Part shown: piece after piece, positions 35,101 to 46,779 of the stretch
Numbering within the stretch: the stretch's first letter is position 1
Layout of the letters: every line of letters begins with the position of its first letter
Assembly: GCA_002633005.1 (NCBI GenBank)
Contig: NMRA01000888.1
Coordinates: 43,176-92,762, forward strand
Direction: 5' to 3'
Length of the DNA stretch: 49,587 nucleotides
From: Phoronis australis
Taxonomy: Eukaryota; Animalia; Phoronida
Notes under the pieces: model-generated
The model's database searches: none
Told to the model about the DNA's origin: nothing
The model's input: the letters and a program-made list of their open reading frames with translations, nothing else
Made by a program: the position numbers and the translations under genes

Positions 35101-38100
35101 CATTGCTTACAACCAACATAAACTTAGTGCATAACCTAATAATAACTGCCCATGACCTACACACCTCCAAGTACAACGCGAGGGTTGGAACTGTTACATG
35201 TTTTGGCTGTGTAACACTGCACCGTGGGTGCATAGGACAGTGGCAGGCTGCCCCCATACTTCTGTTGCACCAGAATATCTTCGAGGTCCTCCCAGTCGTT
35301 GCCGCCTTCACTGGAGTCGTCATCATCGTCAGAAAAACTGGCAGAGGTCGCTGGTGTGACGTTGTCTGTAAACATGAAATAAGGAATGGAGGATTATTAG
35401 GAAAGCATACGACACGAAATGCATTAACAGCTCCACAAACTGCTGCAGTTCTNACAGTCTATGCAACCTCACAAACCACAAGCGTCAGCACAAAATGTCG
35501 GAATTTGAAAATTGCAACAGTTTGTGCAGTTACTGCGGTCTGTGATACTGCTTAGTAAATAAAACACAAATTAAGTCCTATGCTTGTCAGTAACTAGAGT
35601 AACAAATAATATCACACAAGCATCAAATAAGCCACATAAACAACTGAATCATGTGCAAGGACCATTGAATTGTACATACAAACCATAACATCATTAGGTC
35701 AAGTGATGTGGCCAACAGGTGGCGTGGAGCCCAGTCTTAAAAATGTTCGCAATTCTCCACACCAGTTCAAGATTTACATATTCGTATATCATCCCCACAA
35801 AAATTAAGTAATGCATACAATTAGTTTCACACAAACATCAATCCATACCCACTTACAAAAGCTAAACTCAATACTAGACTTCAATTCATGCAGGTAGGAT
35901 TCAATGGTTCTGGCGCAGATTTCACAGTCTTTGTGTGAATTATTGTCTGCTACACTTGAAATAGGACAGAGGATGTGACGATATGAATTATGCAGGTCTT
36001 GTAGCTAATTAGGAAGTTGAGAAAAAACGCATTTACAATTCCATAGACACTGAATATTTATACCTTGATGCATTTGTGCAATATTCAGTTGTCCACAGAT
36101 TGTGGCATTGTATAGCAATTTCAGCCGTTATCAAAGCATGAATAAATCGATACAGGACGTTGAATATTTACACCTGTGCTATCTTTGAACAATACACAGT
36201 TGTCCAGACACTGAGGTGTTGTGTAGAAAAAGTCGGCCATGATCAAAGCCCAAATAAATGCACAAACAGTGAGTATTTTCACCTGTGCAGTCATTACACA
36301 ACATACAATTGACCAGACACTGTGATATCTTCCAGCAACTACACTTAACCATGGCCAAAACATGAACAAATCCTTAGGCCGTGTCCACTCTACAAGTTGC
36401 CATAGAGCAACTTGCACCTGTTGAATCGAGCGTCCACGCTACACACCATGCACCAAATAAGGCACAAAAATACAAGGCACCACTATGTGTGTAACTGAGC
36501 AAGCATTGAGTTGGTAACTATTTCCCGTTTGTCCATAGGTTTGTATCCACAATACAACTTGTGCTGGAGCAAGTTACCCTTAATAAGTTACCCTACCTCA
36601 ATAAAGCGGAATAAACCGTCCCATGTGTGAGAAGTTCCCCAGCAAAAACAGCGTCCACACTACTACTACTAAACACAGGAACAACTCGTTGCAGGAGTAT
36701 CTTATTCTGGGGTAACTCATAGTGTGAATGACACTCAAGGCACTGAATATTTACACCTGTGTTTCACCCATGCTCACAGCCCTTCACCACAGGTCTGGTG
36801 CTCCTCCAAACAGTTTTAATGTTATTTCCATGCTGTTTGCTAACTAGCAACGGAATGACAGAAAGCATGTTAATTTGGCTGAGAAATTTGTAAATGTCTG
36901 TGATAGGTCATAAAATTGATAACCTTCGAGCAACTTAACGATTAAGTCATTATTAATTCAAGAAGACAAAATGAAAATACCAATTGCCTAATTAATGTCT
37001 AGAGGGTAATTACACGGAAAAATACACCATGGGTGAAAAATATAAATTGATGAGAAAATTTCAAAAAACAAAAATATTCTCAAGTGGCCATCTGTTGAGT
37101 GCAATGTGACAGGCTTTATTCAGTTCACGTTCACTTTCAGTTAGTACTTGGATACAATTAACTTGCGCCACTTGGCACATTTTTTCATATCATAATCTCC
37201 ATTACTAATCTCCTCTGTAAAAAGAAACTCAAATTTAACGGGTACAACAAAATTCATGTAAAAGTTTTGAAAGTACATGTCTATACTGTGGTGACGTTGC
37301 ATTTAAGTATTGGAGTATGTAAATACACTGAACTGGTGCAAAAAGTTCAAAAATATCCTCCTAAGTTGCATAAAAAACAACTAATCTCATAAAAGTTCAA
37401 ACTTGTTGCATAGGTTTTAAAATTTGACGCGTGCCGGCTAAACTTGTCAAGACAAAATTCAAAGTCATTGTTGTGACGAGTCAAAATAAATTGAAAACAC
37501 TGTACATGACGGCAACTCGTTATCTTCCATTGGTCGATCATTGCCAAATTTTTTCAATGGTCAACCACATAAAAATAACCACAATAATGCAAATTATGGG
37601 AAAGTGCTACCCATTAGTCATAATTTCACAATTGTAAAGAACTAATTGAAAGGCACAAAGTATCAAACAGAGCTTAGAAAGACCAATGACGAAAATGAGG
37701 AAAAAATTCCATGTGACGTTTTGTTCCATAAATAGTCTTTTGCAATAGAAATATTTTTTGAGTTAAAATTTTATAGAAATAAATTTTTTGCATGACTAAA
37801 GTCAAAATAATGATAAAAAGAGACAAAAAAGAGGACACTGGAAACAAAAAAAGAGGAGATCCTCTTAAAAAGAAGAAAATTCGAAATCCCGACCAACGCA
37901 TCGTGACTATGGACTATTTTTGTCAGAGTTTGAATCTTCTTTGCTAATAACTTCTCAATGTGATTTTTTATTTTAAACTTAATTGTCTGAGAAAATCACA
38001 TGTTCAGAATTTGGAATATTTGATAAGCTCATACAAAATGATTTATGACACCCTGAAAGTACACAGAATCATTGAAAATCTATAACAGTTGACAGCCATG

Positions 38101-41100
38101 TAGCCACTTTTATAATAAGTTCTTTCATTGGCTAAAGGCGTGGATGTCAAAATATTAAACAAAATTGAGCGACTTAGTTTTTCGTCATCACATATCTGGA
38201 AGCCAGAACAGAGTAACTCCTAACCCAGACCATGTTCCAGTGCCACATTTGGTCAGCTGCGGGTCGCCAATGCGACCTCAAGGTTGCATTTGGAGACCTG
38301 GGACAAGTCCCAAATCACCACAAAGTGGCCACAGCAAGTATCAAAGTCAGACAATAATTCCCCCGAAATTCGTGTCAAAGTTTGAGATGACTTCCAAACT
38401 GTTTTCCTAGATTTAATACTTTTGGTTCACAATTGTTCCATTTATTTTGTGAAATCAATGTATTTGCCATCACAAGTCTGCACACTTCAAACATGTAGTT
38501 AAATTACAAGAGAAGGTAAACAGAGGGAAGTTGGAATTGTTCAGCAAAAATCGGGCAAGATCGGTGAAACACGCCCTCTAGTGTATGCGATCATCTGCAT
38601 TCTATTTTCGTTGGCAGGAGGAATTGAGTTAGGGATTGAATGGCACATATTGAAGAGGTATGCGTATGTTCAAGTTTCTGAAAATGGCATCACCCTTTTT
38701 AGTCAACGATTTCGACATAAGTTTTGGCAACCTCAGGTTTCGTTTGATGACCTGGGATTTTCGACAAGTTGTCAAATGCGACTTGCTGTCAAGCTAAGCG
38801 TTGAGTACTGTGTTCACTCAGGTGGCCATAAATGTAGACGAAATGAAATTATAATTACAGTTAATTTTTAGCTTTCTACTTTAAAAGACGTGCACCAAAA
38901 GCAACAGTGAGGCATTGACATGTGTCCATGGAAAATCGTGAACTATATGGTTCTAGGGGCCACTAGAAGGTGCTGCGGTAGTCAAATCAGTCCGAAAATC
39001 AAATTGTGCAGGTGCATTATCCTCACATACCTTCAGAGTCCAGTTTCATTGAAATCCATCGGTCAGTTCTCTAGTAACCATCCGGAAAAGCTCTTCCCCA
39101 AATAAGCCCCTTGTCGAGAACAAAATGACCAATAGGAAGTGTTGCAATGGTCGAATCCGTGAGCAAATTTAATGGTGCTGGTGCATTGACATCACAAACC
39201 TCTGCGCTAAGTTTCATTGAAATCCATCACGCAGTTTCATCAAGCACGATCTGGTATGATACAAGATACAATGGCTAGTGTATGAGGGTGATTGCACGTG
39301 TTACCTTTAGGTGTCCATGTTGGTTTACAGAGCAGAACCTTGGTGGCGTTGCCATCAATGGTGGGTAGGGGGAGCTGCGGTAGTACGCCATTCACCATGT
39401 TCCCCTCTGTAGCGGAACAGGTTAACTGGTGCTGGAATAAAAACTATCAGTAGTAATAAGGAAAATAATAACACTATTATTAACACCAATAATAATGATA
39501 TTGGTATTGACCTCTCCAGTATTGATAACTTGCGCATTTTCCTTTGTGATTACAGTTAAAATTAACTGAGAATGGGACAGGATTGACTTGTGAAACACTT
39601 AGTTGTGACAACACGAATTAAGATGGTTGTAAAAGCTATTAAATGTTAAGAAATAACACAAATGTAACAGTAGTATAACTGCATTGAATGACTGACCAGT
39701 TTTCAAAAGGTTAGGCAACTGACCATTTCAGAGCTGAGATGAACAAGAGTTATTTAAGTATTGAAAAAATAATTATTACCTTTCAGCAGCTTACCTTTCT
39801 CGAGAGCCTAGCTTTCGATTTCCTCTTGGGGACTTTGTCAGGACAGGGGTTTCTCTGCCCACAGGTGATCACGTGACCTAGAGAATCCCAAGATGGGCTT
39901 CAAAGCTAGGTTCTCGAGAAAAGGTAAGCTGCCGAAAGGTAATATTTCAGTACTTATATTACTCTCATTCGCCTCAGCTCTAATATGGTCAGTTGCCTAA
40001 CCTTTTGAAAACTGGTCAGTCATACAATGCAATTTTTTTACTTCTGTGATAGAGTAGAGTTGAATTTTGTAAGTGTCTACTTAAAGCCCTTCACAAAAAG
40101 ATAAAAGCCACTTGTCGAATAACGACAGTTAATAATTTCAGGTACAGCATACAAGATATAATCGACAAGTGCAGAAAGAGGTACTCTAAACTTCAAAATA
40201 GTTACCAGTCAAGTGAGGAATATCCGAGGCATAAAAAAGAGTGGATTCACAGAACTTATTTACCTTGACTTAAAAATGTCAAATCTATGTGTTGCAACTG
40301 CCTGTACGACATAAAAAAAGTTAAATGGCAAAATTTTGTTAAATTTGGTTAGTAAAAACAGCAACCATGCTGACAAGGCTAAAAAGCAACACCAGTGCGA
40401 ATAAAAGGCTGTCAATCTCTGGACCTTTACAGAATGCTGTTGCTTGAGTTAACAATTGCTCAAAGTCCAACTAAACAAAATCCCACGAGACTCACCGTCT
40501 CACCGATCAATACTGATGTCCCCAGTAAAGTATGATTTAATACAGTTATAATTGAAGGAATTAAGAAATTTGTTTCAAACAAAAACCTCGTAGTAAGAAC
40601 TCATTGCATATTAATGACCTTATGATTCTCTTCATTATTTTTCTCAAATCTAAAACAGTAGAAAATAATTTCTTTTGATTTTCCAAAGAATCTGGAAACT
40701 CCCACAAGTTCCGCATGACCTAAACGTCAATCTTTCCCTACGCCTATTGTCTCCTTCCCACGTACGACAAAAATGCCAATAAAGGAAATTGAACTACATA
40801 TTCTGATGACGACGGAACATCTATAATGTATTAGCAAACTGATAGTTGAGAAAATCACACAATCCTATCTAGAAAGCATACAGTTATTTGTTTGGCCGAC
40901 AGCTTTCGAATGCCGCAATGTTTGTACACTGGTGTTGGTCAAATACCTTCAGGATATCACATACCGATATCAATTAAGTCAGAAGCGTATCTTAAATTAC
41001 AAAACAAAAGAACGCAAGTAATGTATTGTACCTAAGCCTGAATTAGATTGCTGAGGTTTATCTCAACCCATAATGCAACAGAAAAATTTCAGAATTTTGA

Positions 41101-44100
41101 ATGTCGATTATGAAAGACATAACAAGCAATCTCAAGTGTTGTGCACACAGCACATGAATGAGTACACGTGTTATCCGCAGATCGAAAACATTACACGCAG
41201 ACAGAGGTACGAATAAGATACCAATACATATAAATACGATCGCNTTTAGCAACACCAAAGCTTTGGAGCTAGTGGGAAAAGCTTTAAGGCTGCTAAGGTC
41301 ATCTCAAACCTTATCTTCACCTTTTAGTTTTAATATAAGCGATTCAAAGTGTTTCAGTACTTTTCAAATTTTTATTTTTAAGTGAAAAAAATAACAATCT
41401 TGACAGAGTTGGGCTAAGCTTTCAAAATTGGACTGCTTCATTCTGACCAGCATAAACCAACGGCTAAGATGGCAAGAAAACTTTTGAAACCAGTTAAATC
41501 AGTCTGCATTACTATTTTAATGTTTTAGGTAGGAAGGAAGTGCCACTTTAAGCAGGACATTGCAAGTTATACATTTATAACACACACACAGTTTCTAGTT
41601 TATATTGCAAAGTATACATTTTTAACACACACAATTTCTAGTTTATATTAAGTGCACACAGAGAAGGTGACTTACACGGACTATTACAAAGGATTTTCTA
41701 ACTGATGACTGATTTCAATACGCCAAACAGTTGCTGCTTGTTCACCTTGCGAGAGCAAACCAAAAAGGACTTTGAAAATGGTTTATCTTTGGATTTACGA
41801 GAAGATACCAATAAATCCAGACAGTGACAGTATTGATGAAATCATTAAATATGTATTAAACCTTATCCTCGTTATAAAAACATACTTTACTAATTCCGTA
41901 CATGATTTCATTACATTACGTCTAAATCAGTCTGAATGGCATTCCAACTAAGGATTTTCATCTTACGGATAACGATTTCTGAATGCCATATTTCTCACAT
42001 TTCCTCCAAAGGCATGTAATTCACAAGCGGCATAACCACTCGACCACAAAGACAAACTATCACGATCCAGCAAATGTTTGCTAAAAACTCATAAAAACAT
42101 TAACATGGGTGAACTTTTCTGATCACAAAAAGTGAAAAAGGGTGCACACTGTAATGCACTGACAGACTTCCTCACAATCAAGTCTTTTTGGTAAAGGTTC
42201 ATTACGAAAAATATAAGGTACAATATAATGTACAATAACTGGTAGTTAAGCTTAGAAAGCACTTGAAAGCATTATAGCCAGGCAATCAAGTCATCAGACT
42301 ATTAAAGACATAATGTTTGTTTGATTCAATTCTGCAATATAGCACTTATTATTCATGTGCTTCATGAATTATAAATTTTCATCCGGATTATGGCAAGTCA
42401 TTACTTTTTCAATTTTTTTGATTCGATTCCTTCAAGTAAATGCACGCAGTGTCCTCTCTACATGTATTCAAATGTGGTGCTGTCTCTCAGTCACATTTAA
42501 AAAGCTCTGAGCCACATTTGAAAAGCCCATTTTTTTCTGCTTTTAAGCCAAATGAATGAAATTGTGTTCCAAAGAAGTGCATTGTTTATTATTTATCAGT
42601 AAAAATGATAGCGACATGCTGAGCAAATGAAAATAATGAGTAACTAGTTGTTTTCGTGAATTAACAAAAAAGGAATTCAAGATAACTATTCGAGAACACT
42701 GACATGCAATCTGCACCTTGTTTGAACCCTGCCACTGGCATTTACATACAAGGGGAATAATTACTGCCATGACTGAATGATCCCCTATATAAATCAAGTA
42801 GGCACTCTTTCCTGACAAAGGAAAAATTTCCAATGATCAAGTGCAACACTGCAACGAATTTAAATAATCACGCACCAGTTGACCTTTCCACTCACACTCA
42901 GATTAATACAATTTTAACAACACAAACAGTAACTCAACAACCAACCTTGAGAAGGACACACACACTTTTGAATAATCCTCAGAACAAGACCGATTGCTCT
43001 TGAACTTTTGTATCCAAAATTAGAAGACTCGTCTGCCTCTCTTTATGAGATTAGAGATGTCAGTATGCGAATCAGAATCCGAGGTCTCGACTTAAAATCG
43101 CAACCGCGGATCAGTTCAACTGAATGACAACCATCAAGAAGAACTCCAGGCAGCTACACATCTCTGTGCAGCAGGCGACTCAGTGCCAGCAGGTGTCTCA
43201 TGATAATTACTAACCACGGCTTGTCATTTACTCTGACACGAAGCACCGGTAGTGCGCTTCTTGAGCCACCAACTGAAACGAGGCACGTCTGCAGCATATC
43301 CGCATTAACAAAACAATTGAAAACGGCTATTGCGCACGTTCCTTTCATTCGCATACTGAATAGCGTACAGTCATCAACGCAAACAGAGCAAAGAGAATGT
43401 ATACATCTTTCTGAGTTCCCATGAGGAGACGGGTGAGACTGAATACTAACAAACGAGTCAATAACTTAATGCCTTTCAGATATACAGATACACCCATTAC
43501 AATACACTAAACACAAGAATACAATTTTATGCACCATCACTACGGTAAGCAGTCAGAGGTGCTTCCTGAGGAATGTGATTTACCGAGGACTACATTAATT
43601 CACCAGCTTAGACAACAGTTCAGGGCTTGTAAGTGCCCATTTGTATAATAAAAAAGTCAATTTGTCTTGATGACGGACTATTCCCAAGAGACCGTGATAC
43701 TGCTGCTGTGCTTAAAGAGGTGAAGTTGAATTTATGTGATTTCAACAGGCCATGCGTGTGCAGCATGATTAGATTTGACAACAGTCGAGAGATCTGATAG
43801 GGAAATATGTCACTAACGAGAATTAAAAATGCACAGAAAAAATACAAACAGTTAGTAGATGGCATTCCCCTTCACGGTTGCCTCAAGTGACATCGCTAGA
43901 CGTGAATTTTAATTTTTCTGGGCAGTATTCCTTAGTCACACCAGTAAAAATTACAATACCAAAATGAGCCATTAGACGAGTTTGGACGAAAGGATATACA
44001 CGACAAATACGTAATGAGAAAACGGAAACTGAATTTGATATAAAAATTCGACGTTTTCTATCTTTCTATTGTGACAGTCTAAATCCCATCACCAAAATTC

Positions 44101-46779
44101 TCGTAAAACAAGCGACCAAAATCTTGTAGGTCACACTGACTAACAAATACAGCCTATCATCCAGAATACAGGTTGGTAACATGCAACATTCTTTAGACCT
44201 CAGCAAAAAGGGTTCCAAACCAGTGTGGTCCTGGGTTTGTGCAATCACATCCAGCTTGGACATGAGCTATTGGTATTTTTCTTGAAAACTATTGTGTTTG
44301 CCTTCACCCTGAACATATGTTTACCTGTCTGTCTTGAATTCTTAACCAAAATGGTTTGGGATTTAAAAATGTAACCACGCTCGTGCAATCTTGAACTGTT
44401 ATGCACCCCACTTTTGAATTTGCAAAATTAAGGTTGGCCAACTCCATTTAACTCCAAATCATTTCCATAGGTTGCTGATGGTTTCAATGTCCTAGCTGGT
44501 AACGGAAATATAATCCTATCACAGTAAGGAATACTACGGAACCGATTTTTATGAAAAAGGCCCAACACAATTTTCATTTTTTGCCACCTAAACGAGACAA
44601 GATTCCGTGTCCTCATTTGAAACGTCTATTGCCAGAAAACCAACCGTTGAAAATCGATGCCCTTCCATTCTTGGGGGTCCTCTGGCCTTCCCTTAGAAGC
44701 TACATAGAAAAAAACCCGACTTCCAATGGTTGAGTTTTCGATAAACGGCGTAGAACTTTGAATGATTTTGCCCTACACTGAAAAACCGCGAATTTACCGG
44801 AGATTCCGCGTCCTCACTTGAAACGTCTACTGCCGGAAAACCAACAGTTGAAAATCGATGCCCCTCAATACCTAGGTCCTCTGGCCCTCCCTTAATAGCT
44901 ACATAGAAAAAAAACTGACTTCCAATGGTTCAGTTTTCGTCAATCGCCGCAGAACTTTGCACGATTTTGCCCTCCAACGAAAAACCACGAATTTGCTGGA
45001 GATTCAGAGTCCTCACTTGAAACGTCTATTGCCAATAGAAAAAAACCTGACCTAGCATCTCTTTGTGGTTATGGCCAGAATACCAGCCGTTACTTGTACA
45101 ACTGCTAAAGACAACTGCCACTCATGAAGTCACAAAAAATCAAATTTTATATTATTCTGAAACAAAATGTCTCTATTTTACTATGGTTACCGACCATCCT
45201 TGTTACATTAACCAAGGATAGAATTTCTTGAATATCTTTTTGATTATTACTCTTCATTTCACTGTTTATCTCACTTCCACCACATGAGGATGAGACATGT
45301 GCTCCCGAAATATAGCTACTATTTTAACTTGCTTGTTTTTAATGCCTATAGGCAATTTGCTCGACAACTGCGTGCTGGAAGATCAGAAATTATACAGAGA
45401 GTATGAGGGAGTGTACATCAGCTGTCCAACAGAAACCACAGTCGTATTTTCAATCAAGTTTGAATTGTAAACGCATAGAAGTATATTACCACAAACATTT
45501 TAAATCTGGTCTGCAAGTCACCTGTTGGCCACATCACATGATATATATTTCCATGACGGTTCAAGATTTACATACTCATATAAAAGTATATTACGTTTTT
45601 AATATCATTGATGATCACAGAAATTGACTGCATATGATAATTATGTCTAGACAGATAAGCCATATAGATGTTTTTCCACGAAGGGTTTTAAATTATACAG
45701 TTTTACAGATTTACAGTCTAACAATGGAGTGACGGTTTAAAAAATATTTTTTCATATAGTTAAAACATTTCCAATTCATGGGACATTTCTTTGAAAATTC
45801 AGCCAGTGCTTACTGAAATACTTATTAGACTAAAATAAAAATACAAAGGATCAACAATTGAAAGTTTTAAACCACCAGACAGAAAAATTGTATGCGATCA
45901 AGAGTTTTCAACCAACACTAAGAAAAGTTAAATACGGCCAAAACAGACTGGATCTAATCTGCTCAGACAGACGTGTGTCCACAGGATGAAGCGATCAAAT
46001 GATGTAACGTATTGAGCATTGAATGGCTGAGCCCACTGGTCCTGTATTGATAATCGTTGATTACTTCAGATTAATTACACACTACTTGAAAGCAGTGACC
46101 GTATAACTGGCCTCAATGACATGGAACTGCTCGTTATGCGTTATGTGCTCGTTATGCGTTATCGCCGCTAGATATTGAAGGGACAGTGTTGTCATGGACA
46201 TCCAAATCGCCATGGCAACATTCCCCAAAGAGATGAGTGGCCTTTATGATCCACCTGTGATTCAATTTTGTTAATAACAAATTCCTAGAGTTCAAAGACG
46301 ACCTTTAACCGTCACATTTCCATTCCCTTTGCCTTGTCTGAATTTTGGACGGTGAATGAGAACAAAATAGAGTGTCTTTACTATAAATGTAACATACTTC
46401 AGCACTGGTAGTGTGCTCAGCACTGGTTCCATGCACCCCCTGTCATACCCTTGAGACCAAGCACAAGAACTAGTCCAATGCTTCTAGTCAACCAGCAAAA
46501 CACACGGTACCAACACCCCGACCTCACAAGTGAGAGTCTGTAGTCCAAACCAGCTGTGCTAAATTAGAAAATCTCTGAGAGACTAATAGATTATTCATGG
46601 AGAAGTCAGACATCAGTGGTTCCTACCTTGAACACGAATAGATACTCTCTCAGGAACGCGTACTGCTGAGCGATCGACTGCTGGCTCTCCCTGTTGAGCA
46701 CGTGACGTAGTGCTGAAGTGGCATTCTCCAACTGTTTTAAGTTGAACGACTGTCGGCCAATGGTAAAGTTGATGTGGTC
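19944..46779 (-). CDS. TRAPPC8: Trafficking protein particle complex subunit 8 (TRAPPC8/Trs85), 5'-partial; last 14 exons, 2529 nt, ~842 aa
   Basis: The exons splice in one frame with GT-AG boundaries. Motifs match TRAPPC8 as I recall it: DHINFTIGRQS...AFLREYL, LPQLPLP, EPVTVQIALVNPLKIPL, QGPRLN...DRRLD, FLFYYES, HRVLRH, PCADFY, GQHH, LCHVPI, FSWCGQ...PGVYNLG. Confidence 0.95.
20833..21098 (+). repeat. ~135-bp tandem duplication
   Basis: GTGTTGAAATTGTATTGTCTGAAGAAATG... at 20833 and 20968. Confidence 0.9.
21286..21369 (-). CDS. TRAPPC8: TRAPPC8 exon
   Basis: LCHVPIHVILENCSQSQLQVKVQLGHH; phase 2-2. Confidence 0.9.
21665..21813 (-). CDS. TRAPPC8: TRAPPC8 exon
   Basis: KAIESGPLRIIKDP...VNANVRCSPQVSHNFSKN; phase 0-2. 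Confidence 0.88.
22460..23446 (+). mobile_element. Helentron-associated (HINE/pearl-like) element with ~145-161-bp core repeats
   Basis: Tandem core subunits, then a (CGGACGC)-type microsatellite (23374-97), a terminal hairpin ATGCGTCCACATAT-AA-ATATGTGGGCGCAT (23412-41) and an A-run. The 5' boundary is approximate. Confidence 0.7.
24925..25029 (-). CDS. TRAPPC8: TRAPPC8 exon
   Basis: GFVVNENGVSQVIVGQHHLTVNRLETQTLSSAKHK; phase 0-0. Confidence 0.92.
25569..25807 (-). CDS. TRAPPC8: TRAPPC8 exon
   Basis: DWDKQVVFSNVSYDQHIIDSTATPCADFYFR...DIDFTVIALWK; phase 1-0. Confidence 0.93.
26068..26139 (-). CDS. TRAPPC8: TRAPPC8 exon (72 nt)
   Basis: DIKINDGESMLLCLKGTKCKRNLN; ttgcag| acceptor, |gtaagt donor; phase 1-1. 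Confidence 0.85.
26475..27186. mobile_element. Palindromic Penelope-like element remnant (two inverted GIY-YIG 3' ends)
   Basis: Arms of ~340 bp around a ~30-bp spacer. The right arm reads STAMHRHLHVNGH...KRVIEEAIFLKALNTSLKRHGGDRYALSPVW, resembling the C-terminus of the Penelope-like endonuclease. Confidence 0.75.
27596..27852 (-). CDS. TRAPPC8: TRAPPC8 exon
   Basis: HRVLRHRSKIITTNSLELKATA...EFSILQMSAASRQWCIDHLSTSRET; phase 2-1. Confidence 0.92.
28523..28634 (+). repeat. 28-bp minisatellite, 4 copies
   Basis: Unit TATATGACTCGTCATAATGTGCCTAGTT. Confidence 0.95.
29130..29512 (-). CDS. TRAPPC8: TRAPPC8 exon
   Basis: VNFYDFPQALLCGEVQKVTVELTNHG...PMWLRG...INFLFYYESTEPKPGL; phase 0-2. Confidence 0.94.
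29784..30269. mobile_element. TTAA-flanked MITE (Kolobok-type, GG...CC ends)
   Basis: TTAA|GGTTGTGTAG ... TTGCATAACC|TTAA; related copies at ~26270-27518 (interrupted) and ~6548-6790 (reverse). Confidence 0.7.
30348..30632 (-). CDS. TRAPPC8: TRAPPC8 exon
   Basis: VNLTLTPRHTGELHVVGVAYNLG...VRGKQNLEVQGPRLNSNKTEKSSRFYGLDRRLDFVIVPSMPRLE; phase 0-0. Confidence 0.94.
31703..31777 (-). CDS. TRAPPC8: TRAPPC8 75-nt exon, copy B
   Basis: NSIADELVHTEVIEEIMLAGSERKL; ttacag| acceptor, |gtaggt donor. Confidence 0.8.
31945..32074 (-). CDS. TRAPPC8: Partial duplicate of the TRAPPC8 285-nt exon, truncated at the N at 31944
   Basis: Matches 30503-30632 (VNLTLTPRHTGELHVVGVAYNLG...). Confidence 0.55.
33119..33193 (-). 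CDS. TRAPPC8: TRAPPC8 75-nt exon, copy A (duplicated segment)
   Basis: NSIADELVHTEVIEEIMLAGSERKL; phase 0-0; differs from copy B by one synonymous Arg codon change. Confidence 0.75.
33231..33488 (+). repeat. 32-bp minisatellite, 8 copies (4 copies at 31815-31943)
   Basis: Unit ATGTATGTCAACTGCAACTTACAGCACGTACA. Confidence 0.95.
33949..34030. repeat. Hairpin core of a foldback repeat family
   Basis: 30-bp arms matching 26/30; partial copies at ~35692-35785 and ~45495-45580. Confidence 0.7.
34208..34353 (-). CDS. TRAPPC8: TRAPPC8 exon
   Basis: EPVTVQIALVNPLKIPLVLTEVHLLWTY...NEVDTIK; phase 1-0. Confidence 0.93.
35165..35365 (-). CDS. TRAPPC8: TRAPPC8 exon
   Basis: DNVTPATSASFSDDDDDSSEGGNDWEDLEDILV...SSNPRVVLG; phase 1-1. 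Confidence 0.92.
38945..39245 (+). repeat. Two diverged ~168-bp core repeats of a related HINE-like element
   Basis: AGTTTCATTGAAATCCATC and GGTGCATT blocks repeated; CCACTAGAAGGTGC at 38960. Confidence 0.55.
39305..39431 (-). CDS. TRAPPC8: TRAPPC8 exon
   Basis: HQLTCSATEGNMVNGVLPQLPLPTIDGNATKVLLCKPTWTPK; phase 0-1. Confidence 0.92.
39680..40031. mobile_element. Foldback/MITE with ~150-bp inverted arms
   Basis: TGCATTGAATGACTGACCAGTTTTCAAAAGGTTAGGCAACTGACCAT...TTACCTTTCAGCAGCTTACCTTTCTCGAGAGCCTAGCTTT is mirrored at 39902-40031. Confidence 0.85.
44600..45033 (+). repeat. ~200-bp tandem repeat, ~2.2 copies
   Basis: GATTCCGYGTCCTCAYTTGAAACGTCTA-type block at 44601, 44802 and 45001. Confidence 0.9.
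46400..46562 (-). mobile_element. Degenerate tRNA-derived SINE head
   Basis: Minus strand has an A-box-like TAGCACAGCTGG and the stem GACTCTCACTTGTGAGGTC; the B-box is decayed. Confidence 0.35.
46627..46779 (-). CDS. TRAPPC8: TRAPPC8 exon (most 5' exon in window)
   Basis: DHINFTIGRQSFNLKQLENATSALRHVLNRESQQSIAQQYAFLREYLFVFK; phase 0-0, AG/GT. Confidence 0.95.

Noticed and set aside
39355-39537. Hydrophobic membrane-like 60-aa ORF
   Set aside because: It is a low-complexity T-rich acceptor region plus the TRAPPC8 exon read in the wrong frame.
43154-43354. Possible TRAPPC8 exon (TCLVSVGGSRSALPVLRV...)
   Set aside because: The linking exon with LPQLPLP and the correct phases is 39305-39431; this stretch would break the frame.
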